From contig CAVPYW010000008.1 of NCBI GenBank assembly GCA_963710055.1, positions 72,794 through 136,793 of the forward strand: a stretch of 64,000 nucleotides of DNA. Reading direction: 5' to 3'. The position numbers were made by a program, and so were the translations under genes. Positions 39,485 through 50,063 of this stretch are shown in pieces. The DNA is from an uncultured Chitinophagaceae bacterium. GTDB taxonomy: Bacteria > Bacteroidota > Bacteroidia > Chitinophagales > Chitinophagaceae. The notes beneath the pieces are model-generated. The model was not told where the DNA came from. It made no database searches and saw only the letters and a program-made list of their open reading frames with translations. The stretch's first letter is position 1, and the number at the start of each line of letters is the position of its first letter.

Positions 39485-41368
39485 ATGAAAAAATTTTACT
39501 GCATATGTACTTTTGTCATCCTCGGATTAGTTTCCAAAGCACAATCCACTGCGGGTATCACGGGAGTAAGAGATACATCGTATAACCTGCAGAATGAATA
39601 TAATAAACAGGTAAAGAATTATTCTTTTATCAGTGTACCATTTCTGTTTTTTACCGGGCACATCTCTGTACAGCAAAACATTCTTTTTTCTGAAACCCGT
39701 GAGCGAAACTTACGCCTCGATATTTATTATCCAAAGGAAGATCACAGTACTAAAAGAACGGCGATCATCTTTTTACATGGCGGTGGATGGAGGAGCGGCA
39801 ATAAAGAAATGCATAGCCCGCTTTTGCAGCGATTGGCCGACAGGGGATTTGTTTGCATTGCCCCCGAATACAGGCTTTCAACAGAAGCATTGTATCCTGC
39901 CGGAGTATATGATGTTAAAACTGCTATTCGCTGGGCGAGAAAAAATGCGTCGAAATATAATATTGATATAAATAAAATAGTGATCGCCGGTCATTCTGCC
40001 GGCGGAGAACTGGCAGCTTTTGCGGGAGCCACCAATAATAATTCATTGTTCGAAGGGAACGGTGAGTATAAAAAATATTCGAGTGTTGTGAATGCAGTGA
40101 TCGATCTGGATGGAACACTGGCCTTCATTCATCCTGAATCGGGCGAAGGAGATGACAGCAAGAAAACATCATCGGCTACCTATTGGTTCGGTTATTCGAA
40201 AACAGAGAATCCCGATCTCTGGAAGCAGGCGGCTCCGCTGACATGGGTGGGAAAACATATGCCGCCCACGCAATTCATCAATAGCGGCGTTGCAAGAATG
40301 CATGCGGGACGGGAAGATTTTATCAAAGTGCTGAAAGAAGATAATATCTATTCGGAAGTAAAAAGTTTTGAAGGATCGCCCCATTCGTTTATTTTTTTTG
40401 ATCCGTGGTTTGATTCCACCGTTCATTATATGGATAAATTTCTAATGAAGATATTTCCCTATGAAAAAAAAGCAGCCAGATCGATCAGGGTGGCGCAGGA
40501 TGGAAGCGGAGATTTTAAAACAGTGCAGGCGGCTATCAATTCTATTCCTAAAAAGAATACAAAACCGGTAACTATTATTGTAAAAGAAGGGGTTTATAAG
40601 GAAAAAATATTCATTGATTCATTACAGCAATTCATCAGCATTGCCGGTGAGGATCCATTCAATACTGTGTTTACATGGAACGATCATACAGGAAAAATTT
40701 CTGCTGCCGGGGACACGATCAATACAAGAACATCCTGGAGTTTTAAAGTAAAGGCCGATAATTTTTCAGCAATGAATATCACTTTTAAAAATGATGCAGG
40801 ATTCTCAGCCGGCCAGGCCGTAGCCGTTGAATCGGATGGCGATAAAGCTGTGTTTGATAATTGCCGTTTCATTGGCAACCAGGATGTATTATTTCTTAAT
40901 AATGAAAAGAGCAGGCAATACTTTGAGGATTGTTATATAGAAGGAACAACGGATTTTATCTTTGGATCGGCTACCGCCTGGTTCCAGAAATGCGATATAT
41001 ACAGCAAAAAGAATTCTCATGTTACGGCGGCTTCCACAGCAAAAGAGAATGAATTTGGTTTTGTTTTCAATTGGTGCGGGCTGGATGGCGACACTTCATT
41101 GCATAATGTTTCATTGGGAAGACCATGGAGGCCTTATGCTGCTGTAACGTACCTGCATTGTTATATCGGTGCTCATATAAAACCGGAAGGATGGAGCACC
41201 TGGAACAATAATGAAAATCATTTAACCGCCCGTTATGCAGAATACGGGAACTTTGGTCCTTCGGCACCGGCTGGTAAAAGAGTAAAATGGGCAAAAGAGT
41301 TAACACCGGATGAAGTAAAAAAATATACATTGGTAATTGTGCTGAGAGGATGGGATCCCGGGAAATAG
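39485..41368 (+). CDS. Fusion: alpha/beta-hydrolase esterase + CE8 pectin methylesterase
   Basis: N-terminal HGGGWRSG / GHSAGG; C-terminal VAQDGSGDFKTVQAAI, GQAVA, QDVL, GTTDFIFG, LGRPW; likely start ATG 39485. Confidence 0.9.
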   Translation: MKKFYCICTFVILGLVSKAQSTAGITGVRDTSYNLQNEYNKQVKNYSFISVPFLFFTGHISVQQNILFSETRERNLRLDIYYPKEDHSTKRTAIIFLHGGGWRSGNKEMHSPLLQRLADRGFVCIAPEYRLSTEALYPAGVYDVKTAIRWARKNASKYNIDINKIVIAGHSAGGELAAFAGATNNNSLFEGNGEYKKYSSVVNAVIDLDGTLAFIHPESGEGDDSKKTSSATYWFGYSKTENPDLWKQAAPLTWVGKHMPPTQFINSGVARMHAGREDFIKVLKEDNIYSEVKSFEGSPHSFIFFDPWFDSTVHYMDKFLMKIFPYEKKAARSIRVAQDGSGDFKTVQAAINSIPKKNTKPVTIIVKEGVYKEKIFIDSLQQFISIAGEDPFNTVFTWNDHTGKISAAGDTINTRTSWSFKVKADNFSAMNITFKNDAGFSAGQAVAVESDGDKAVFDNCRFIGNQDVLFLNNEKSRQYFEDCYIEGTTDFIFGSATAWFQKCDIYSKKNSHVTAASTAKENEFGFVFNWCGLDGDTSLHNVSLGRPWRPYAAVTYLHCYIGAHIKPEGWSTWNNNENHLTARYAEYGNFGPSAPAGKRVKWAKELTPDEVKKYTLVIVLRGWDPGK

Positions 41369-41476
41369 AGTTTAAGGTTTAAAGGTTAATAGTTCAAAGT
41401 TAAGTTTCCGCAAGCCGGAGCTTTATACAAGCACGAAACCTTAAACCCTTAAACGATTAAAATTTTAAACTACGAT

Positions 41477-42538
41477 ATGCAACCGATCAATGCAGGATTA
41501 TGTTCTTTCGGAATGAGTGGCTGGGTATTTCATGCGCCCTTCATCAGTATCAACCCGGGTTTTAAATTGTATGGCGTTTGGGAAAGAACGAAAAACCTGG
41601 CGCAGGAAAAATATCCCGGTATAAAGACGTTCAGGTCGCTGGAAGAGATGTTAGCCGATGATAATATTGAACTGGTGATCGTCAATACTCCCAGCGTTAC
41701 GCATTATGAATATGCAAAGAAAACTATTGAAGCCGGGAAACATTTAGTGGTTGAAAAACCTTTTACGGCCACCCTTGCACAAGCAGAAGAATTGATCGGG
41801 CTTGCCAGCAGGAAAAATGTAAAGATCTCTGTTTATCAAAATCGCCGGTACGACAGCGATTATAAAACAATAAAGAAAGTATTAGAGGAAGGACTGATCG
41901 GTAAAATAATTGAAGCGGAGATCCGGTATGACCGCTTCACTCCTGAATTAAGTTATAAAGTACATAAAGAAACTCCGACAGCGGCTGTTGGTTCTTTGTA
42001 TGACCTGGGTTCGCATTTGATCGACCAGGCATTGCAATTATTCGGAATGCCCAATGCTGTTTCAGCAGATATTGCCATGATGCGGCCGGGCTCGCAGGTG
42101 GATGATTATTTTGACCTGAAACTTTTTTATCCCTGGCATAGAGTAACACTTAAATCCAGTTATTATGTAAGGGAACCATTGCCGGGTTATGTTTTTCATG
42201 GTACCAAAGGTTCGTTCATCAAAACAAAGACCGATGTGCAGGAAACAAAATTATTAGCGGGGATTTCGCCGGCCAGTGATGATTGGGGCATTGAGCCGGA
42301 ATCACAACAAGGCTGGTTGCATACGCAGGTTGGTACGCAGGTAATAAAAAGACATATTGAATCAGAGAGAGGAAATTATGGAGATTATTATAATGGTATC
42401 TATGAAGCGATCAGGAATGATAAAGAAGTTCCGGTAACTGCTAAAGAAGGAATGAACGTAATTAAAATCATCGAAGCGGCTTATCAAAGTCATAAAGAGA
42501 GAAGATTGATCGATCTGCGAGGAATGGAACAAGGTTGA
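41477..42538 (+). CDS. Gfo/Idh/MocA oxidoreductase (YdgJ/IolW-like)
   Basis: FGMSG..FHAP, VVEKPF, YQNRRYD, DLGSHLIDQAL.LFG. Confidence 0.9.
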   Translation: MQPINAGLCSFGMSGWVFHAPFISINPGFKLYGVWERTKNLAQEKYPGIKTFRSLEEMLADDNIELVIVNTPSVTHYEYAKKTIEAGKHLVVEKPFTATLAQAEELIGLASRKNVKISVYQNRRYDSDYKTIKKVLEEGLIGKIIEAEIRYDRFTPELSYKVHKETPTAAVGSLYDLGSHLIDQALQLFGMPNAVSADIAMMRPGSQVDDYFDLKLFYPWHRVTLKSSYYVREPLPGYVFHGTKGSFIKTKTDVQETKLLAGISPASDDWGIEPESQQGWLHTQVGTQVIKRHIESERGNYGDYYNGIYEAIRNDKEVPVTAKEGMNVIKIIEAAYQSHKERRLIDLRGMEQG

Positions 42539-42590
42539 CACGGATCTACACAGATTTATTTTGATCTCAAAACAGGCAGTATAAACGAAA

Positions 42591-44207
42591 ATGAGGGTTA
42601 CGCTAATTATATTGTTAGGGATAATATCTACAGCGGTGTCAGCGCAAACCATTTCAAAAGTTTGGGTGGCGGATAATGGCGATGGCACTTTTAAGAATCC
42701 CGTTATTCATGCTGATTACAGCGATCCGGATGCGATAAGAGTAGGCAATGATTATTATATGATCTCTTCCAGTTTCAATCATGTGCCGGGATTGCCGATA
42801 CTTCATTCAAAAGATCTTGTGAATTGGGAATTGACCGGGCATGCTTTAAAAAGATTGGTGCCGGAAAAACATTTCGATACGGTCCGGCATGGCGGCGGTG
42901 TATGGGCGCCGAGTATCCGTTATCATAACAATGAATTCTATATCTATTATCCCGATCCCGATTTTGGTATTTATTTAATTAAAGCAAAAAATATTAACGG
43001 GCCATGGACCGAACCGGTGATGGTAGAAGCAGGAAAGGGATTGATCGATCCCTGCCCGCTTTGGGATGATAATGGAAAAGTTTATCTCGTGCATGCGTAT
43101 GCCGGCAGTCGTGCCGGGATTAAATCGGTCATTGTTATTAAAGAATTAAACAAGCAAGGAACAAAAGTCATCAGCGAACCTGTTCTTGTTTATGATGGAC
43201 ATAAGGATGATCCAACGATCGAAGGGCCGAAATTTTATAAACGTAATGGATACTATTACATTTTTGCGCCGGCCGGTGGTGTAAGTACAGGATGGCAAAC
43301 CGTTTTGAGAAGTAAAAATGTATATGGACCTTATGAAAGAAAAGTGGTATTGGAAAAAGGGAATACAAAAATAAACGGTCCGCACCAGGGCGCATGGGTA
43401 AACACAATAACGGGTGAAGATTGGTTCCTTCATTTCCAGGATAAGGAGGAGTTTGGAAGGGTCGTTCATTTGCAACCAATGAAATGGGTAAATGACTGGC
43501 CGGTGATCGGGGAAGATAAGGACGGAGATGGCAAAGGATGGCCGGTATATGTTCATCAAAAACCCAATGTGGGAAAAAACTATCCCCGCCTTTCACCTGC
43601 TGACTCGGATGAGTTTGATAAAAGAACCATCGGTTCGCAATGGCAATGGCAGGCGAACCCAAAAGAAGGTTGGGCTTATTGCACTTCGTGGGGAATGTTA
43701 AGAATGTTTGCTGTGTATAATACTGAAAATAATTTATGGAATGCACCCAATATCCTTGCGCAAAAATTACCTGCGGAAGAATTCTATGCAACGGTAAAAC
43801 TCAGCTTTCATCCTAAGTTATACGATGAAAAATTCGGGTTGATCCTTTTTGGCAGCAGCTATGTATATATTTCTGTTAACAAAAGGCAGGACGGCAATTA
43901 TATTTCTGCTGCCAGTTGTTTACGGGCTGACCTGGATTCTGCAGAACAAAAAGCCGAGATCAAAGAGAGAAAAATAGAAGGGGAAACGATCTATCTAAGC
44001 ATGAGAATAGATGAAAATCAATTGGCGCAATTCTATTACAGTACAGATGGATCTAACTATTATGAATTCTGGGGAAGATTCGGTCTCACTCCCGGTAAAT
44101 GGGTAGGTGCAAAATTGGGATTTTTTTATACAAGAAACGACATTACCAATGATGGAGGCTATGTTGATATAGATTGGTTCCGTATCGAGGAAATGGTACG
44201 CAGATGA
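42591..44207 (+). CDS. Glycoside hydrolase family 43 with C-terminal beta-sandwich
   Basis: NPVIHADYSDPD, GVWAPSIRYH, IDPCPLWD, IEGPKFYKRNG, PHQG, GRVVHLQP. Confidence 0.93.
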   Translation: MRVTLIILLGIISTAVSAQTISKVWVADNGDGTFKNPVIHADYSDPDAIRVGNDYYMISSSFNHVPGLPILHSKDLVNWELTGHALKRLVPEKHFDTVRHGGGVWAPSIRYHNNEFYIYYPDPDFGIYLIKAKNINGPWTEPVMVEAGKGLIDPCPLWDDNGKVYLVHAYAGSRAGIKSVIVIKELNKQGTKVISEPVLVYDGHKDDPTIEGPKFYKRNGYYYIFAPAGGVSTGWQTVLRSKNVYGPYERKVVLEKGNTKINGPHQGAWVNTITGEDWFLHFQDKEEFGRVVHLQPMKWVNDWPVIGEDKDGDGKGWPVYVHQKPNVGKNYPRLSPADSDEFDKRTIGSQWQWQANPKEGWAYCTSWGMLRMFAVYNTENNLWNAPNILAQKLPAEEFYATVKLSFHPKLYDEKFGLILFGSSYVYISVNKRQDGNYISAASCLRADLDSAEQKAEIKERKIEGETIYLSMRIDENQLAQFYYSTDGSNYYEFWGRFGLTPGKWVGAKLGFFYTRNDITNDGGYVDIDWFRIEEMVRR

Positions 44208-44277
44208 CGCGGATGCGGCGGATTTACACGGATACTATCAGCGATGATCAGCTAAATCCGCGTCATCAGCGTTCTAT
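44193..44277. repeat. 9-bp periodic palindromic element (ATGGAACGC...GCGTTCCAT family) supplying the GH43 stop codon
   Basis: ATGGTACGCAGATGACGCGGATGCGGCGGATTTACACGGAT...ATCCGCGTCATCAGCGTTCTAT. Confidence 0.75.
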
Positions 44278-44423
44278 CCTGGCGAATAGCGGACAGAACG
44301 ATGAAGTGTGATTATTAATTTCTCTTCCACCGGAAGAAAAATTAATAACAAATCGGAGATTGCAAGGGACGATCATAGTAGCACAGGCGATGACATCATA
44401 ATTTTATTAATAAAATATAAATC

Positions 44424-45836
44424 ATGGAACGCCGCAAATTTTTAGGATATACTGCCGCTACCGGGGCCGCATTGATGCTGAATCCTTTTGAATCCTTTGC
44501 TTATACTGATGTAAAGATCCGGTTAGCATTGGTTGGAACAGGGCATCGTGGTTCCGGATTTTGGGGAAGCGCATTAAAAGATAGTTTCAAAGATGTGGTG
44601 GAATTCGTCGGGCTTTGTGATATTAATCCCGGTCGCATGGCTTATGTAAAACAAGTTATGAAAGTGGATTGCCCCGGCTTTACTAATTATGAAGAAATGC
44701 TGCGGACAACGAAGCCTGATTATGTTATTGTCACGACCGTTGATGCAACACATGATGAATTTATTGTGAAAGCGCTGGAAATGGGTTTCAATGTCATTAC
44801 CGAAAAACCAATGACGACGGATGAAGTAAAATGCAAAAGAATACTTGAAGCGGAAAAGAAAAGCGGCAAGAAAGTAGTGGTAGCATTCAATTACCGTCAC
44901 AGCGTACATGCGATGCAATTGAAAGAACTATTGGTAAAACAACGAATAGGTAAAGTAACATCGGTCGATTTCAACTGGTACCTGAATGTATTTCATGGCG
45001 CCGATTATTTTCGCCGCTGGCATGGAAGAATGAACCGCAGCGGTTCGTTGTGGGTACACAAGGCCACGCATCATTTCGACTTGCTGAACTGGTGGCTCAA
45101 TTCAGAACCTGTTGAAGTAACGGCTTACGGAAGTCTCGATCATTATGGAAAGAATAATTCGTTCCGCGGAATAAAATGCCGTGGCTGTGAATACAAAGAC
45201 AAATGCAAATTCCATTGGGATATCACTAAAGATGAGCGGTTGAATAATTTGTATGCAAAAAATGAGCAGCACGATGGTTATATACGGGATGGTTGTGTAT
45301 GGAGCAATGAAATTGATATTTATGATAAGATGTCGGCGCAGATAATTTATGCCAATGGAGTTACTGCTAATTATTCATTAACGACCTATTCCCCTTATGA
45401 AGGATGGCAGATCGCATTTAATGGAATGAATGGCCGTATCGAAACATGGGAAGATATTCCTTACCTGCAAAAAACAGCGGATGACCAGGCCAATCGTCAT
45501 GCCATGGAAATGAGCAATGCCGATGATGCTATTGCCGGTGAATTCAGGGAAATAATGGTGATGGATAATTTCGCAAAGAACCTTCCTTCCGGACAGGCAG
45601 GCTACGAGATATTTACTACGCCAAAGATCAAAGGAGGACATGGCGGTGGTGATATACGAATGCAAAGAAGAATATTCGTTGACAAAAATGATAACCCTCA
45701 TAATGTAATGGCCGGAACAAGAGAAGGTGCCATGTCGGTACTGATCGGCATTGCGGCAAGAAAAAGTATTCAATTAAAAAGACCGGTAAAAATTTCCGAA
45801 CTGACCGATCTTATTCCAATGGCAAACCGTTTCTAA
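44424..45836 (+). CDS. Tat-exported Gfo/Idh/MocA oxidoreductase (YteT-like)
   Basis: MERRKFL twin-arginine signal, VGTGHRG, ITEKPM, FNYRH, HKATHHFDL, GHGGGD. Confidence 0.88.
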   Translation: MERRKFLGYTAATGAALMLNPFESFAYTDVKIRLALVGTGHRGSGFWGSALKDSFKDVVEFVGLCDINPGRMAYVKQVMKVDCPGFTNYEEMLRTTKPDYVIVTTVDATHDEFIVKALEMGFNVITEKPMTTDEVKCKRILEAEKKSGKKVVVAFNYRHSVHAMQLKELLVKQRIGKVTSVDFNWYLNVFHGADYFRRWHGRMNRSGSLWVHKATHHFDLLNWWLNSEPVEVTAYGSLDHYGKNNSFRGIKCRGCEYKDKCKFHWDITKDERLNNLYAKNEQHDGYIRDGCVWSNEIDIYDKMSAQIIYANGVTANYSLTTYSPYEGWQIAFNGMNGRIETWEDIPYLQKTADDQANRHAMEMSNADDAIAGEFREIMVMDNFAKNLPSGQAGYEIFTTPKIKGGHGGGDIRMQRRIFVDKNDNPHNVMAGTREGAMSVLIGIAARKSIQLKRPVKISELTDLIPMANRF

Positions 45837-45845
45837 AATAATTGT

Positions 45846-46277
45846 ATGAAAAAAATATTTTCAATTGTTATCCTTGTTTTTTTAATGAGCATCATTACAA
45901 ATGCACAAAGCAAACATGAGAAAGCAGTGACCAGTGCAGTCGAACAACTTAGAAAAGCAATGATCGATGCGGATAAAGCGGCATTGGAAAATTTAGTGAC
46001 TGATAATTTAAGTTATGGTCATTCCGGCGGTCATATTGATGATAAAAAAGAATTTGTTGAAAAGATCGTGAGCGGGAGATCAGATTTTGTAACGATCGGT
46101 CTTTCCGATCAAACGATCAGCATTACCGGAAAGACTGCAATTGTTCGTCATAAATTAAATGCAACCACCAACGATAGTGGTAAGCCCGGTGAAGTTCATT
46201 TACTGGTAATGCTGGTCTGGCAAAAGCAACATGGTCAATGGAAATTGCTGGCCCGGCAAGCGGTGAAGCAGTCGTGA
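45846..46277 (+). CDS. Secreted NTF2-like (DUF4440) protein
   Basis: Signal peptide, LSYGHSGGHIDDK, VWQKQHGQWKLLARQAV. Confidence 0.85.
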   Translation: MKKIFSIVILVFLMSIITNAQSKHEKAVTSAVEQLRKAMIDADKAALENLVTDNLSYGHSGGHIDDKKEFVEKIVSGRSDFVTIGLSDQTISITGKTAIVRHKLNATTNDSGKPGEVHLLVMLVWQKQHGQWKLLARQAVKQS

Positions 46278-46397
46278 GTCAATAGTCTTTAGTCATTAGT
46301 GAGAACCAAATACTATATAACTTTCTTTTATATATGCGTTTTTTTGCTTCCAAAACGACCCGGCTAACGACTAAAGACTATTGACTCAGGACTGGCT

Positions 46398-46415
46398 TTC
46401 GTTCCCGGTAACGAT
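46398..46415. promoter_or_regulatory. Second candidate LacI-family operator, upstream of GH28
   Basis: TTCGTTCCCGGTAACGAT followed by TGCGTAAAAAA as at 31618; TAGACTTG at 46464, same 66-bp spacing. Confidence 0.75.
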
Positions 46416-46509
46416 TGCGTAAAAAAACCAATGCAATTCGTTGATTAACAGTTAATATCTGGTTAGACTTGTAGAACTAAACTCCTCATCAGGGGACTAA
46501 AACTTGCCG

Positions 46510-48148
46510 ATGAAAAGAATCTTTTTGCTGATCGCTTTGGCGTTGCCTGTTTTGCTGTTTTCGCAAACAGGGAAATTGCCTGTTATTATCGTCCCGAAAT
46601 TTAAAAAAGATACGATCAATATTGCAAAGAATGGTGCAGTGCCGGATGGAAATACATTGAATACGGTACGTATCAATTCAGCGATCGATATACTTTCAAA
46701 AAGAGGAGGTGGTGTAGTACTGGTACCAGCCGGCTTATGGCTAACGGGTCCCGTTGTTTTAAAAAGTAATATCAACTTACATCTTGCAACCGGCGCCACT
46801 TTATTATTTACAAAAGATTTTGATCTCTATCCTTTGGTAAAAACCAATTGGGAAGGTTTGCCGCAAATGAGAAATCAATCGCCGGTCTCTGCAACAGATG
46901 CTGTCAACATTGCTATTACCGGTAAAGGGATCATCGACGGCAACGGCGATGCATGGAGAATGGTGAAGAAAGACAAACTGAATGAAACGCAATGGAAAAA
47001 AGTAGTTTCAGGCGGCGGTGTGCTTAGCGATGATAAAAAAACATGGTATCCTTCGGAGATAGCGATGAAAGGTTCAAAGATGACGAATCCCGGCGCTATT
47101 TCACCGGAGAAAGATGATGCATTCTATGCAAGTGTAAAAGATTTTCTTCAGGCCCAACTTATTAGTACTTACAAACTGTAAAAATATTTTGCTTGAAGGA
47201 GTAACTTTTCAAAATTCACCGGCCTGGTGTTTACATCCATTGATGTGTGAGGATCTTACGGTAAAAAATATCTCGGTAAAAAATCCATGGTATGCGCAGA
47301 ACGGTGATGGTATTGATGTAGAGAGTTGTAAAAATGTTTTGATCGAGAATTCTGTTTTCGATGTAGGCGATGATGCGCTGTGCATGAAAAGCGGCCGCGA
47401 TGCGGAAGGAAGAAAAAGAGGAAAGCCAACAGAAAATGTGATCATCCGTGGTTGCACAGTATATGCTGCGCATGGCGGTTTCGTGATCGGCAGCGAAATG
47501 AGCGGAGGCGCAAGGAATATTTATGTCAGCAATTGCACATTTATTGGAACCGATATTGGTCTTCGTTTTAAAACAACAAGAGGAAGAGGCGGTGTGGTGG
47601 AGAATATTTTCATTAAAGACATTTATATGAAAGATATTCCCGGCGAAGCTATCTTGTTTGATATGTACTATGCTGCCAAAGATCCTATTCCGCTGGCGGG
47701 AGAAAAAAGAGAATTACCCAAAGTAGAATTCAAACCCGTGGATGAAACAACACCTGTCTTTAAAAATTTTCATATCAGCAATGTGTATTGCAATGGAGCA
47801 GACAAAGCCATTTTTGTAAGAGGCCTTCCGGAAATGCATGTAAAGGATATTGTTTTGGAGAATATGGTGCTGCAGGCTGATAAGGGATTTGATATACAGG
47901 AAGCAACCGGTATCACTTTCAAAAACATTAAAGTAATAAGCGATGATACCAAACCTGTGATCGATGTAGTGCAGAGTGATAAACTGGTGTTTGATAATAT
48001 AACTTATAAAGACGGAACAGAGTTATTGTTCCGCATCAGCGGGGAAAGAAGCGGTAATATCAATATAGGCAAAACCGATGCATCGAAGGCAAAAGAGAAG
48101 ATCAGTTATGAATTGGGCGCATCGGAAAAATCAGTGACTATCAAATGA
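46510..48148 (+). pseudogene. GH28 polygalacturonase, split by a +1 frameshift near 47146-47150 (mutation or assembly error)
   Basis: Removing one base restores DFLRPNLLVLTNCKNILLEGVTFQNSPAW; NGDGID, GDDA, HGG, RFK catalytic motifs intact. Confidence 0.88.
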
Positions 48149-50063
48149 AAAAATTACTTTTCATAGCCTTGCTCTTTCTTGCCACCCAGGCGACTTCACA
48201 ACGTATAGGACGTGGTATTCCCTATGGTACGGATATGGCTCAAACCGTAATGAATACGTGGAAGGATTCATTTTCCCTCGATGGCAAACCCGCCAAATGG
48301 ACCTATGATATGGGAGTTATATTAAAAGGCTTTGAAGGGTTATGGATGAATACCGGCGATGTGAAATATTACAACTACATCCAGCAGCAAATGGATTTTT
48401 TTGTAAAGGATGATGGAACGATCAGGACCTACAAGCCTGATGAGTACAATATCGATCATATCAATAATGGTAAACTGTTATTGTTATTATATCGTGTTAC
48501 GCTCAAAGAAAAATATTTGAAGGCTGCGAAATTGTTGCGGCAGCAATTGCAAACTCATCCAAGAACGAATGAAGGCGGTTTCTGGCATAAGAAAATATAT
48601 CCTTATCAAATGTGGCTGGATGGTTTATATATGGGCGCCCCATTTTATGCGGAGTATGCAATGCTTGCCCATGAGGATACGGCTTTCAATGATGTAGCCA
48701 GCCAATTCACCTGGATGGAAAAACATGCAAGGGATCCAAAGACTGGCTTATTGTATCATGCATGGGATGAAAGCAAACAAATGAAATGGGCCGATCCAAA
48801 AACAGGCTTGTCACCATTATTTTGGGCAAGGGCCATGGGTTGGTATGGAACTGCATTGGTTGATGCACTGGAATATTTTCCGGAGGATCATCCAAAAAGA
48901 AAAGACCTGATTGCAATTCTAAATCGTTTGGTGAATGCAATTGAAAAACAACAGGACAAGACAACCGGTTTGTGGAAAGACATATTGAACTATAATGGTC
49001 CCGGTAAAGAAAAAAATTATTTTGAAGCATCGGCTTCCTGTCAATTTGTGTACACAGTGGCCAAAGGCGTAAGAAAAGGTTATTTACCTGCTGCTAAAAT
49101 GATCATCGCCACCAAAGGATATAAAGGTATCAGGAACAATTCATTAAAACGGAAAATGGTCAAACCAATTTGCACGGCACAGTAAAAGTTTCCGGGCTGG
49201 GCGGTAATCCGTTTCGTGACGGAAGTTTTGAATATTATATGAGTGAGCCGGTTATCGTCAATGATCCAAAAGGTGTTGGCGCATTCCTGTTAGCCAGCAA
49301 TGAAATGGACATGGAAAGAATACGATCTATCGGTAAAGGAAAGACGATAGTAATGGATAACTATTTTAATCGTGAAACAAAAGAAGATGCATTCGGTAAA
49401 AAAATTGTTTTTCATTACAAATGGTGGGAAAAGGATAATGGTGGATTTTCTTTCATGGGACATATATTCAATAAATTCGGTGCAGGTACAAAAGTCCTGG
49501 ATGAAGCACCCGCTGCTGCCAATCTTAAAAATGTTTCTGTTTATTTTTTGATCGATCCCGACTGGCCAAAGGAAAATAAAACACCCAATTATATTGAGCA
49601 AAAGCATATCGATGCCATCTATAATTATGTAAAGAACGGCGGCATCTTAGTAATGATGGCTAATGACAGCAACAATGTAGAATTTAAAAATTACAACAAG
49701 CTGGCAGAAAAATTCGGGATACACTGGAATGAAAATATGCGCCATGATGTAATTGATAATAAGTTTGAACAAGGCGCCCTCTTTTTTGATGAAGCCGATG
49801 CCATATTCGGAAAAGTAAAAAAGGTTTTCATCAAACAGTTGTGTACACAAACCATCAACAAGCCGGCTGTCAGTTTATATAGCGAGAACGGGGAAGTGAT
49901 CATATCAATGGCAACCGTTGGAAAAGGAAAAGTGTTGGCGGTCGGAGATCCCTGGTTCTATAATGAATATGTAGACGGGAGAAAAATTCCTGCAGAGTAT
50001 GAAAATTATCAGGCGGCCGAAAACATGGTTGGATGGTTATTGAAACAGGCCATTATCAAATGA
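48145..50063 (+). pseudogene. GH105 unsaturated uronyl hydrolase fused to a GATase-like/DUF4350 domain, split by a -1 frameshift near 49135
   Basis: WTYDMG, GGFWHK, QMWLDGLYM, FWARAMGW, EASAS; adding one A restores KQFIKTENGQTNLHGTV...NDPKGVGAF. Confidence 0.85.
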
